Source: Candidatus Gottesmanbacteria bacterium
GTDB lineage: Bacteria; Patescibacteriota; Microgenomatia; UBA10105; UBA927
DNA length: 64,000 nucleotides
Direction: 5' to 3'
Assembly (NCBI GenBank): GCA_043798445.1
Contig: JAZDOQ010000027.1
Coordinates: 1,265-65,264 of the forward strand
In this document: positions 29,561 to 37,432 of the stretch, one piece after another
How positions within the stretch are numbered: the first letter of the stretch is position 1
Layout of the letters: the number at the start of each line of letters is the position of its first letter
Made by a program: the position numbers and the translations under genes
Notes under the pieces: model-generated
What the model saw: the letters and a program-made list of their open reading frames with translations, nothing else
Databases searched by the model: none
Told to the model about the DNA's origin: nothing

Positions 29561-30004
29561 ATGAAAATTATCAACCGAAAAGCACCATTTGAATATACCA
29601 TTGTGGACCGGATAGAAGCCGGTATTGCTCTTGCGGGGTCAGAAGTTAAGTCACTTCGACTGGGACATGGAAAATTAGAAGGAGCGTTTGTTAAAATTCT
29701 CAATGGAGAAGCGTATCTTGTGAATGCTGAAATCACAATGTATCCGTACGCACGTCCAAATGGGTATGACCCAAAACGGACAAGGAAGCTTCTTTTGCAC
29801 AAAAAAGAGCTCATTTCTCTTCAAAGCAAGCTAGAAAGCGCCAAATTGACCTTAATACCTCTTTCTTGGTATACTAAAGGCCCACAAATGAAGCTTGAGA
29901 TAGGGCTTGCGCGTGGGAAGAAACAGTACGAGAAACGGGAAATAAAGAAAAAGAAAGACTTACAGCGAGAACTAGAGGTGGATTTTCGGGGGAAGATTAA
30001 ATAA
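29561..30004 (+). CDS. smpB: SsrA-binding protein
   Basis: NRKA, EAGI-L-GSEVKS, RKLLLHK, LARGKK. Confidence 0.97.
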   Translation: MKIINRKAPFEYTIVDRIEAGIALAGSEVKSLRLGHGKLEGAFVKILNGEAYLVNAEITMYPYARPNGYDPKRTRKLLLHKKELISLQSKLESAKLTLIPLSWYTKGPQMKLEIGLARGKKQYEKREIKKKKDLQRELEVDFRGKIK

Positions 30005-30009
30005 GGATT

Positions 30010-30394
30010 GGGGATGTACGATTCGACAGTTTGATGCTCTTTAACACTGCAGGTCGACTTTGATATTTGGTCGTTAACTAATTATCAAAAAAATACATGC
30101 TGATAACGATGAGTTAGAAGCAGCCCGATATGCTCCGGCTTGGGCCGCGCGAGCAGCTTACGCTTACGCATAAAGGGACGCCGTAATCGCATTCGCTTTG
30201 GTGATGTCTACGGTGTAAAAACAGCCGAAGTGCAATTTTTCTGGTTTGATGTTCCAGATAAACAAAGTTTAATACATCTTGATCCGCCGGATCTTGTCAA
30301 TTCGGTTGAGGGCGGATGACAATTGTTGATTGACTACACCTGTAGATGTGTTTGGAATGTCAGATTGGACCCGGGCTCACCCCCGGCATCTCCA
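30010..30394 (+). ncRNA. ssrA: tmRNA
   Basis: GGGGATG...CATCTCCA acceptor stem with G3:U pair, GATTCGAC after the 5' stem, tag ORF 30099-30173, directly after smpB. Confidence 0.93.
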
Positions 30395-30397
30395 CAA

Positions 30398-30456
30398 CTG
30401 TTGCCGTTCCGCATAGCGGACGGCTTACAGATGTGGATGCCCAGAAAGGGCGCCAC
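30398..30456 (+). terminator. Tandem hairpins after ssrA, probable terminator
   Basis: GCCGTTCCGC-ATA-GCGGACGGC and GTGGATGCCC-AGAAA-GGGCGCCAC followed by a T tract. Confidence 0.5.
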
Positions 30457-30464
30457 GTATTTTT

Positions 30465-31151
30465 ATGTCTCTTCTTGATATTATCTACCCAAAAATTTGC
30501 TTAGGGTGTGGAAAACTTGGCACATATTGTTGTTCCCATTGTCTGGAATCAATGCCGAAATTGCCATACTTAAAATGCCCGGAATGTGAACGACCGGCCA
30601 TTGATGGAAAAACACACCCACGTTGTCAAAAACAATTTGGCATAGACGGAGTGATCAGTTTATATCCATACGCAGGAATAGTAAAAAAGGCAATTAAAGG
30701 CATTAAATACCGGTTTGCGTTTCGTATTATTGAAGATTTGTTTCGAGTAATTCCGGAAGAACAGTTGCTATTATTGAAGAATATAGGAAGTAAAAAAAAT
30801 ATTTGTTTTATCCCCATCCCGCTTCATGCGTCACGACAAAGATTGCGGGGATTTAATCAAGCAGAAATTATTGCCAATACCTTCTCTAAGATAGTATTTA
30901 TACCGACTCAAACAGATGTGTTGGAGCGAATTCAAAAAACACCTCCGCAGGTTGAGATGAAACACCGTCAGGATAGAATACAAAACATGAAACAAGTATT
31001 TTCTGTGAAAAAAAACAACATAGAAATATGTGGTTTCTCCATATTTCTTGTTGATGATGTTTACACAACTGGTTCAACAATGAAAAGCGCTGCAGAAGTG
31101 TTAAAGCGAGCGGGTGCTCATTTTGTCTTTGGGATAACGATTGCGCAATAA
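30465..31151 (+). CDS. comF: ComF family phosphoribosyltransferase-like protein
   Basis: Double zinc ribbon, RGFNQA, LVDDVYTTGST. Confidence 0.9.
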   Translation: MSLLDIIYPKICLGCGKLGTYCCSHCLESMPKLPYLKCPECERPAIDGKTHPRCQKQFGIDGVISLYPYAGIVKKAIKGIKYRFAFRIIEDLFRVIPEEQLLLLKNIGSKKNICFIPIPLHASRQRLRGFNQAEIIANTFSKIVFIPTQTDVLERIQKTPPQVEMKHRQDRIQNMKQVFSVKKNNIEICGFSIFLVDDVYTTGSTMKSAAEVLKRAGAHFVFGITIAQ

Positions 31152-31161
31152 TAAATTGCTG

Positions 31162-31542
31162 TTAGGCAACATCAATTTTCCAAAGCCCGTGAATATTACA
31201 AAACTCTCTGATGATTAGTGATCCGTCCACAAGCGGAAAGTCCGCTTCCGGTTTTTCTCCAGGTGATAAATAGACGCGGTATGTTCGTTTTTCCGCAATA
31301 AGCTCTATCCATTCAATAAAATGTGCGTCTTCCATTGGATGAGGTATTGATCCGATTGCAATATGAATGCCTTGCGCTGTTTTTGTCACGACTGGAACAT
31401 GTTTTTCTTGACCCATATCGCTTGTTTTTTCAGGCACAAGGAGTGGTTTGTGACATACTTCTGGAAGTTCATTCCCTGGCCGCAATATCTCAACGAGATT
31501 GTTGCAAACCAAACATTGATAAATTTGATGTAGTTTATTCAT
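31162..31542 (-). CDS. Desulfoferrodoxin / superoxide reductase
   Basis: C-x2-C, EKHVP, HPM, HFIEWI, CNIHG; GGAGG RBS before ATG 31542. Confidence 0.9.
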   Translation of the reverse strand: MNKLHQIYQCLVCNNLVEILRPGNELPEVCHKPLLVPEKTSDMGQEKHVPVVTKTAQGIHIAIGSIPHPMEDAHFIEWIELIAEKRTYRVYLSPGEKPEADFPLVDGSLIIREFCNIHGLWKIDVA

Positions 31543-31645
31543 GTGCAGTCCTCCTATTACAGGAGAGTGTAACAGAAACATAAAATAAGTACATAGTCGC
31601 CAGAACGCCGTCTCTCTTGGTATAATGAAAGCCGAAGTTTATATA

Positions 31646-31730
31646 GGAGGGTGACTCAAACGGCTAAGAGACAAGTTTGCTAAACTTGCATCGCGCAAGC
31701 GGTGAGTGGGTTCGACTCCCACACCCTCCG
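31646..31730 (+). tRNA. tRNA-Ser(GCT)
   Basis: GGAGGGT/ACCCTCC acceptor, CAAGT-TTGCTAA-ACTTG anticodon arm, long variable arm, GGTTCGACTCC. Confidence 0.93.
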
Positions 31731-31867
31731 CATTGAAATATCTTACCAAGTGTAGCGAGGTTAGAGATTTCAATGCTCAGAACGCGAATAGCGATTCTGA
31801 GAGTCCTTGAAAATTTTCGAGTTTAGAAATGACAATGCTCAGAAGGTGTTAGCAATTCTGAGTGTCA
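31730..31867. repeat. Cluster of hairpins after tRNA-Ser(GCT)
   Basis: GCATTGAAAT/ATTTCAATGC; two CAATGCTCAGAA...TAGCRATTCTGAG copies; CTTGAAAATTTTCGAG palindrome. Confidence 0.7.
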
Positions 31868-31876
31868 ATATTTTTT

Positions 31877-31967
31877 GGAGAGGTCGCATAGTTGGTCTAG
31901 TGCGGTAGTCTTGAAAACTACTAGGGGCGCAAGCTCCTCGCGAGTTCGAATCTCGCCCTCTCCGCCA
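31877..31967 (+). tRNA. tRNA-Ser(TGA)
   Basis: GGAGAGG/CCTCTCC, GTAGT-CTTGAAA-ACTAC, encoded CCA. Confidence 0.95.
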
Positions 31968-32057
31968 TCACGGACGAACATAAATTTTCAATTGAAATAT
32001 GCGTTTGTAGCGTTACAAAAATACGTTCTGACTTTGAAGTACTGAAAATTTCTTTTA

Positions 32058-32083
32058 AAGCTGACAGACGGCGGGATTAGAAC
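32058..32083 (+). repeat. Ser-family box B copy 1
   Basis: AAGCTGACAGACGGCGGGATTAGAAC; 21/26 identical to 37382-37407. Confidence 0.7.
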
Positions 32084-32179
32084 CTAATAAAATAGATTGA
32101 TTGTCCAACAATATCAAGACATCGCTTTTTAAGCAACGAAATAGTGGAATAACTGAAAAACAATTAGACTAATTGATTT

Positions 32180-32863
32180 ATGAGAAAAACTCCTCGAACC
32201 CAATATAAAAGTAATCTGGGCGACTTATTCATAGACGTTAAAAAAAATCACGAGATTTTTTGCCTTGTAGACCAAATTTTTCACAAAGAATCACCCTTAA
32301 CAATACTTCTTGAAGGTTCCGCTGATGTTAAAAATATTGAAATACTAGTTGATGTTATTAAGTTTCGCAAAAATCCAAAAGATATCATTGTTCTTATAGA
32401 TATCAATTCTCAATCAATTAAGGAACATAAACAACATATTATCAATAAACGCTTAGTTTCTTCTTGTCAGGCCATGGTCGCCGATATGAACGATCTGCCA
32501 TTTGATGATCACTCAATTGATCTAGTGATAAATTATTTTACTGTTAATTTTAATACATCAGATAGGGATGATGATCAAACGATTGCAGAAATTCAGCGTG
32601 TACTCAAACCAGGAATGTCCGCTTGTTTATTTTCAGTATATGTGTCTGATGAAAGCAATAAAGTTGCTGACAGAGGTTATGCTCATGGTGCTCGGAAAAA
32701 GGATACAACTTTCACATTCCCAGCAGTTTATTATCAATCAGCGTTTAAAAAATATTATTTGAAGTGTGTTAACTTTGCTTTACAGAACGGAACTGATCAA
32801 CAATATCTGTCATATCGTCGTTTTCTTTTAATGTTACAATCACCATCTCCACAAAATATATGA
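32180..32863 (+). CDS. Class I SAM-dependent methyltransferase-like protein
   Basis: VLIDI, ADMNDLPFDDHSIDLV, EIQRVLKPG. Confidence 0.8.
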   Translation: MRKTPRTQYKSNLGDLFIDVKKNHEIFCLVDQIFHKESPLTILLEGSADVKNIEILVDVIKFRKNPKDIIVLIDINSQSIKEHKQHIINKRLVSSCQAMVADMNDLPFDDHSIDLVINYFTVNFNTSDRDDDQTIAEIQRVLKPGMSACLFSVYVSDESNKVADRGYAHGARKKDTTFTFPAVYYQSAFKKYYLKCVNFALQNGTDQQYLSYRRFLLMLQSPSPQNI

Positions 32864-34134
32864 ATACTCAAGCCTTTATTTCAGATAGTAATACATATCA
32901 TGAATTTCTGGATAGCATCTACCGTGTTGAACAGGGTCAGCAGGCTAAATTTTCTATGCACTCATCCATAACACCTGCAATTTTAGATGAAAAAGAGGCG
33001 AACGGATTTATAAATAGATATGAAATTATTCAACAATATTTAAAAATATCAGAAAAAATCTTTAAAGATAGCTTGTTTGATAATTCTCACAGTAGAATTA
33101 GGGACTTGATTCTTAACGAAGTAAATCCTGATTTCTCCGTCTCGTATCACCGTGAGCTTTATAGTAAAAAAACGAGTACTCCTTATTTTTTTCGAACTGA
33201 CGAAAGTGTACCAGGAAAAATTTCTGAAATTCAGTATGGTGGTTCTCTATGGGGAATGGTTGATGTATTACAACAATCTCTAGAAGTGTTATCTACCTTG
33301 GTAGATATTCCGATTCGGAGTTTTAATCAAGTAAAAATAACTGAAATATTTGCAGAAATTATTAAAGACTTAACAAACAATGATCCATTAATATTTCATC
33401 AAATTGATGAAAGCTCAAATATGTTGGATATGAACTTATTCATCTCACTCTCGAGGAAATATGGTTTGAAGTATTTAGGAAGAGATTATGATGTATCACT
33501 AAATAATGTAAATTTTATTCGAACCCATTCATTTCTAGAAGAAGTAACAAATAGTAATTTTATTGGTTTTTTGGAAAAATATCATAAAGGAACGCTTCTA
33601 TTTGACATATTTCCTAGTGTGCTTTTTTTTCAAAAACTTCCGCTTATGCTCCCATTCTGGGAAGAAACAAAAAATTATTATCCCGATAGTGTTCGTGATA
33701 TTTTTCCATTTAGCTCTTTAGTTGGTGACGATGATGTGATTTTGGAAAGCGGTGCGCATCTAACAATTGATGAATTTGTAAGATTGAAAGCTGGTGAGAG
33801 AAATTATTATTTAAAATATGCAGGTATGAATGGAAATATTAATTGGGGTGCAAAAAGCGTGTATCAATTAAGTAATAGCAGTGTTCAATGTAAAAAACTA
33901 CTTCAAACGGCTGCAGAACAATTTAGAAGAGGACAATACTGGATAATACAGAAGGCGTATCATAAAAAAGAGAGTGTTAGCTATGTGAGTGAAGACAGTG
34001 TTGTCACAAAACCTATGTACACAAAATATAGTGGATTTTACGGTCCAAAAGGATTTATGGGTGGGCACGTAATGACAAGATCGTTTTATAAGGTACATGG
34101 TCAAAACGAAGGTGTTTGTAGACTAATTCTATAA
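32860..34134 (+). CDS. Putative circularly permuted ATP-grasp / glutathionylspermidine synthase-like ligase
   Basis: FRTDE, EIQ, YLKYAG...NWGAKSV, WIIQK motifs; family call is tentative. Confidence 0.55.
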   Translation: MNTQAFISDSNTYHEFLDSIYRVEQGQQAKFSMHSSITPAILDEKEANGFINRYEIIQQYLKISEKIFKDSLFDNSHSRIRDLILNEVNPDFSVSYHRELYSKKTSTPYFFRTDESVPGKISEIQYGGSLWGMVDVLQQSLEVLSTLVDIPIRSFNQVKITEIFAEIIKDLTNNDPLIFHQIDESSNMLDMNLFISLSRKYGLKYLGRDYDVSLNNVNFIRTHSFLEEVTNSNFIGFLEKYHKGTLLFDIFPSVLFFQKLPLMLPFWEETKNYYPDSVRDIFPFSSLVGDDDVILESGAHLTIDEFVRLKAGERNYYLKYAGMNGNINWGAKSVYQLSNSSVQCKKLLQTAAEQFRRGQYWIIQKAYHKKESVSYVSEDSVVTKPMYTKYSGFYGPKGFMGGHVMTRSFYKVHGQNEGVCRLIL

Positions 34135-34144
34135 TTTATTCGAA

Positions 34145-34176
34145 AATAGGTTATAACATTGTCAATGGTTCTCCGC
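34145..34176 (+). repeat. Ser-family box A copy 1 (attR-like)
   Basis: AATAGGTTATAAC-N6-AATGGTTCTCCGC; same flanks at 37319-37350. Confidence 0.8.
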
Positions 34177-34220
34177 AGAAGTCACTTCAATTTCTTCAGT
34201 GTGTAGTATATACTGACTAT

Positions 34221-34739
34221 ATGGACGAAACGTCTGCCCGAGCAACACCAACCACGAAAGAAGAGGTGTACATTACGTGGACATCTCCATCGAGATTGTT
34301 TAAACGGAGAAATAAAGAATATTTTACCAATATTGGTGCCATTGTTTTTCTTCTTGTTGTTATTCTTATTTTTGCCCGTGAATTTGTTCTGGTTGCTGCA
34401 GTTCTCTCCATTGTCTTTTTGATTTATGTGTTATCAACCGTCCCACCTGAAGATATAACACATAGACTCACAAACTTGGGTATTGAAAGCGCAGGTCATT
34501 ATTACCGATGGGAAGAATGTGCTGCGTTTTGGTTTGAAGAACAGTGGGGACAGGTGTTATTTATTTTGCAACCTATAATTGGGCCCCGTATTATTATTCT
34601 TCTTGGCGCACAAGATAAGAAACAAATTCAGGATGTTGCGGAAAAACATATTCCATTCCGTGAACAACCAGAGAAGTCTTGGGTAGAAAACACCGCTTCC
34701 TGGCTTGCTAAAAAAATTCCTCTGGAAAAGCCACAGTGA
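34221..34739 (+). CDS. Conserved CPR membrane protein
   Basis: W-SPSR-FK-R, 2 TM; TATACT 6 nt before ATG. Confidence 0.75.
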   Translation: MDETSARATPTTKEEVYITWTSPSRLFKRRNKEYFTNIGAIVFLLVVILIFAREFVLVAAVLSIVFLIYVLSTVPPEDITHRLTNLGIESAGHYYRWEECAAFWFEEQWGQVLFILQPIIGPRIIILLGAQDKKQIQDVAEKHIPFREQPEKSWVENTASWLAKKIPLEKPQ

Positions 34740-34777
34740 TAGCCTCAATTCTTGTTTCGTAGTAAAATGCAATCATT

Positions 34778-34850
34778 GCGCCCGTAGCTTAATGGATAGA
34801 GCACCAGATTGCGGATCTGATGATTGTGGGTTCGACTCCCGCCGGGCGCG
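34778..34850 (+). tRNA. tRNA-Arg(GCG)
   Basis: GCGCCCG/CGGGCGC, CAGA-TTGCGGA-TCTG, GGTTCGACTCC. Confidence 0.9.
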
Positions 34851-34870
34851 CTTAGAAGAATTCTATTGAG

Positions 34871-34960
34871 GGTGAGGTGCAGGAGTGGCTAAACTGCCTG
34901 GTCTCGAAAACCATGGGAGATGAAAGTCTCACGCGAGTTCAAATCTCGCCCTCACCGCCA
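34871..34960 (+). tRNA. tRNA-Ser(CGA)
   Basis: GGTGAGG/CCTCACC, TGGT-CTCGAAA-ACCA, long variable arm, CCA. Confidence 0.93.
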
Positions 34961-34993
34961 ATAAATAATAGTGAAGTAGATATAAGGAGGAAT

Positions 34994-35413
34994 ATGAAAA
35001 TAACGATTTGCGGTAGTATGCAATTTTATTTAGAAATGAAAGCTGTGAAAGACGGGCTTGAGGTTTTAGGTCATGATGTGCTTGTTCCCATGGAAGTTGA
35101 AAACAATACCGTTCCTATTGAAGCACTTCCAGAAACAACGGATGAAGATAAAATATCTGCAAAAATTGAATACGATTTTATCAGGGAACATTTTTTTAAA
35201 ATTCAGGTGTCCGAAGCGATTCTCATTTTAAATTACGAAAAAAAAGGAATTCCCGGATATATCGGCGGAAATACATTTTTGGAAATGGGATACGCCTTTG
35301 GACTCGGAAAAAAGATTTTTTTGATGTTCCCGGTTCCCAAAACAGAATACTCTGTTGAAATGCATTCCATGCAGCCCATCATTATCGACGGGGATATCGC
35401 AAAAATTAAATAA
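34994..35413 (+). CDS. Nucleoside 2-deoxyribosyltransferase-like protein
   Basis: MKITICGS, ILILN, GYIGGNTFLEMGYA; AAGGAGG RBS. Confidence 0.75.
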   Translation: MKITICGSMQFYLEMKAVKDGLEVLGHDVLVPMEVENNTVPIEALPETTDEDKISAKIEYDFIREHFFKIQVSEAILILNYEKKGIPGYIGGNTFLEMGYAFGLGKKIFLMFPVPKTEYSVEMHSMQPIIIDGDIAKIK

Positions 35414-35419
35414 AAACGG

Positions 35420-35491
35420 GCTTCTGTAGTTCAATGGATAGAACGCGGCCCTCCGGAGGCTGTAATTGCAGTTCGACTCTGCACAGGAGCG
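35420..35491 (+). tRNA. tRNA-Arg(CCG)
   Basis: GCTTCTG/CAGGAGC, CGGCC-CTCCGGA-GGCTG, GTTCGAC. Confidence 0.92.
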
Positions 35492-35506
35492 CATAGGAAT
35501 ATTTAT

Positions 35507-36148
35507 ATGGAAAACATTTTTGACACAACTATCAGCGATCTCGAAACAAAAAAAATTTTTGTTCTCGTACCTGAACTGAAACCACTTGAGCATGTGATCG
35601 AAAATAATATCGGTCATAAAAAACAGGATGTCTGGATGCATACAAAGAATGTTTTTCGAGCGCTCCAAGAAGCTTTGAGGTGTGATTTTCTTAATACGGA
35701 AAAAAAAGCTGTATATCTCAAATATTTTTCAACCCATATTGGAACAACGATAAAAGCAAAAGCAATGATGGTTGCTGTCATTTTCCATGATATTGCGAAA
35801 TCACACACGCTTACGCAGGATGCTGTAGGTAATACAATGTGTCCAAATCACGAAAAAATTGGTGCAGAAATGATAAAGCAAATCATAAAAAGATTAGGAT
35901 TGTTAAAAGAAGAACAATTGTATATTTGTCAGCTCGTCTTACACCATGGAACTCTACATGGTTTATTAGGTTTTCCATTTAAGGAAAATTTGTCAGTTGA
36001 ATCACTTCGAAAAGAAAAACGAACGCATCACGATATCTGGTCCGAATTGGTTTTTCTTTGCTGTGCTGATATACTTGGCGCTGATTTTGTCAGAATAAAC
36101 CCGGATGATGCGAATAGGCGAATAAAACGCCTTATTTCATGGTTATAA
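35507..36148 (+). CDS. HD-domain phosphohydrolase
   Basis: H-QDVWMHT, FHDIAK, NHE-GA, HH, AD. Confidence 0.82.
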   Translation: MENIFDTTISDLETKKIFVLVPELKPLEHVIENNIGHKKQDVWMHTKNVFRALQEALRCDFLNTEKKAVYLKYFSTHIGTTIKAKAMMVAVIFHDIAKSHTLTQDAVGNTMCPNHEKIGAEMIKQIIKRLGLLKEEQLYICQLVLHHGTLHGLLGFPFKENLSVESLRKEKRTHHDIWSELVFLCCADILGADFVRINPDDANRRIKRLISWL

Positions 36149-36150
36149 TT

Positions 36151-36241
36151 GGAAGGGTCGCATAGTTGGTCTAGTGCGCGCGCTTGGAAAGCGCGTATCG
36201 CCGCAAGGTGATCGCGGGTTCGAATCCCGCCCCTTCCGCCA
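36151..36241 (+). tRNA. tRNA-Ser(GGA)
   Basis: GGAAGGG/CCCTTCC, CGCGC-TTGGAAA-GCGCG, CCA. Confidence 0.95.
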
Positions 36242-36350
36242 CGTAATATCTTAGCGAATTTTGATCTTGATCAAAATGAGCTTAGAGATTACGTGGGAAC
36301 GTTTACTTTCGAAGAAAGTATTACGTTTGATTCGCTAAGATAAACGTGGC
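36238..36350. repeat. Nested inverted-repeat element between tRNA-Ser(GGA) and the GIY-YIG gene
   Basis: GCCACGTAATATCTTAGCGAAT pairs with ATTCGCTAAGATAAACGTGGC; two internal hairpins. Confidence 0.8.
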
Positions 36351-36361
36351 TTACTGCCTTT

Positions 36362-36616
36362 ATGTTTTATTACGTCTATATTCTTCAGAGTCAAAAAGAT
36401 AACAGTTTTTATATTGGATACACAACGGACTTGGTTAAACGATTTAAGCAACATAATTCTGGTGAAAGCCAGGCGACTAAACCATTTAGACCATATAAAT
36501 TAATCTTTTATGAAGCGTTTCTTGATAGAATAGATGCAAAGAATCGAGAAATATATCTAAAAAGCGGATACGGAAGAAAAACAATAAATGGATTGCTCAA
36601 GAAGTATTTAGCCTGA
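36362..36616 (+). CDS. Small GIY-YIG nuclease
   Basis: YYVYIL, FYIGYT, R-KQHN, A-NRE-YLKS. Confidence 0.92.
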   Translation: MFYYVYILQSQKDNSFYIGYTTDLVKRFKQHNSGESQATKPFRPYKLIFYEAFLDRIDAKNREIYLKSGYGRKTINGLLKKYLA

Positions 36617-36635
36617 TAGGAAGTGGGATTAGAAC
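36610..36635 (+). repeat. Ser-family box B copy 2
   Basis: TGATAGGAAGTGGGATTAGAAC aligns with the other two copies. Confidence 0.6.
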
Positions 36636-36664
36636 TTAAACCTATAATATGATAATATACCTCC

Positions 36665-37303
36665 ATGCTTCCTGAATTAGCTAGAAATCAAACTGCTGAA
36701 ATTTTTAGGCAAATCATCAATGAGTCTCCCCAAGCAGGTAGCGAAATCAAAACACGTCAGGAACGAGAACTTGGTCACGCGGCAGATGTTGCAAATTGGA
36801 TTATTATTTTATCTCCTGACGCTACTTTGGATCTACAAGTAGCTGGATGGCTGCATGACTGTGAACGGTTGGTAGACAACGAGGGCACAGTTGGATTTAA
36901 AGGCGACAGAACGAGTCCAGAATATCTTGCACACAAAAAAGGTCATGCAAAAAGAAGCGCCGATCTCGCTAAAGTTATGTTACAAAGATTCGGGTTTTCA
37001 GCATCAAATATTGACAGGACATATTTCTTAATACTTCATCACGATGATACAGGAGAAGAAATTGATAAAATTGGAGATGAAGAGCTTACGATTCTTGCTG
37101 CAGCTGACAGTCTTTCGTTTTTTACCTTTATTGCTGCGGATATGTTGCAACGTGAAGGAGAGAGCAGACTACAAGATAAAGCAAACTTCATGGTTGATAA
37201 AATGTCCTCAGGTATCAGAAAGTTACTTGGTGATCAGCAGATTACTGATCCAACTATTTCACGCGTAAAAAATCAAGCACTTGCTAAATACCAACAAGGG
37301 TAA
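36665..37303 (+). CDS. HD-domain protein (DUF4202-like), cassette cargo
   Basis: HA, LHDCER, HAKRSA, HHD, ADSLSFF. Confidence 0.78.
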   Translation: MLPELARNQTAEIFRQIINESPQAGSEIKTRQERELGHAADVANWIIILSPDATLDLQVAGWLHDCERLVDNEGTVGFKGDRTSPEYLAHKKGHAKRSADLAKVMLQRFGFSASNIDRTYFLILHHDDTGEEIDKIGDEELTILAAADSLSFFTFIAADMLQREGESRLQDKANFMVDKMSSGIRKLLGDQQITDPTISRVKNQALAKYQQG

Positions 37304-37318
37304 TACGAGATGACTTAT

Positions 37319-37407
37319 AATAGGTTATAACTTTATAAATGGTTCTCCGCCAAGATTTAGAAAAATATTCTAGCTGAAGTGAAGTTGACAGGAGGCAGGG
37401 TTAGAAC
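37319..37407 (+). repeat. Ser-family box A (37319-37352) plus box B (37382-37407) junction
   Basis: AATAGGTTATAAC-N6-AATGGTTCTCCGCCA then AAGTTGACAGGAGGCAGGGTTAGAAC. Confidence 0.8.
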
Positions 37408-37432
37408 TTATGATAATATCATCAATGCATTT

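Larger units (their letters stand above)
31968..34176 (+). mobile_element. Integrase-less cassette at the tRNA-Ser(TGA) 3' end
   Basis: Box B 32058-32083, two AT-rich cargo genes, box A 34145-34176 ending in TCTCCGC like the tRNA end. Confidence 0.65.

Noticed and set aside
34877-34993. N-terminal extension of ORF 34877..35413
   Set aside because: It overlaps tRNA-Ser(CGA); the real start is ATG 34994 with an AAGGAGG RBS.
34961-36150. Genes after tRNA-Ser(CGA) and tRNA-Arg(CCG) as further cassettes
   Set aside because: No box A/B or tRNA-end duplication was found around them.
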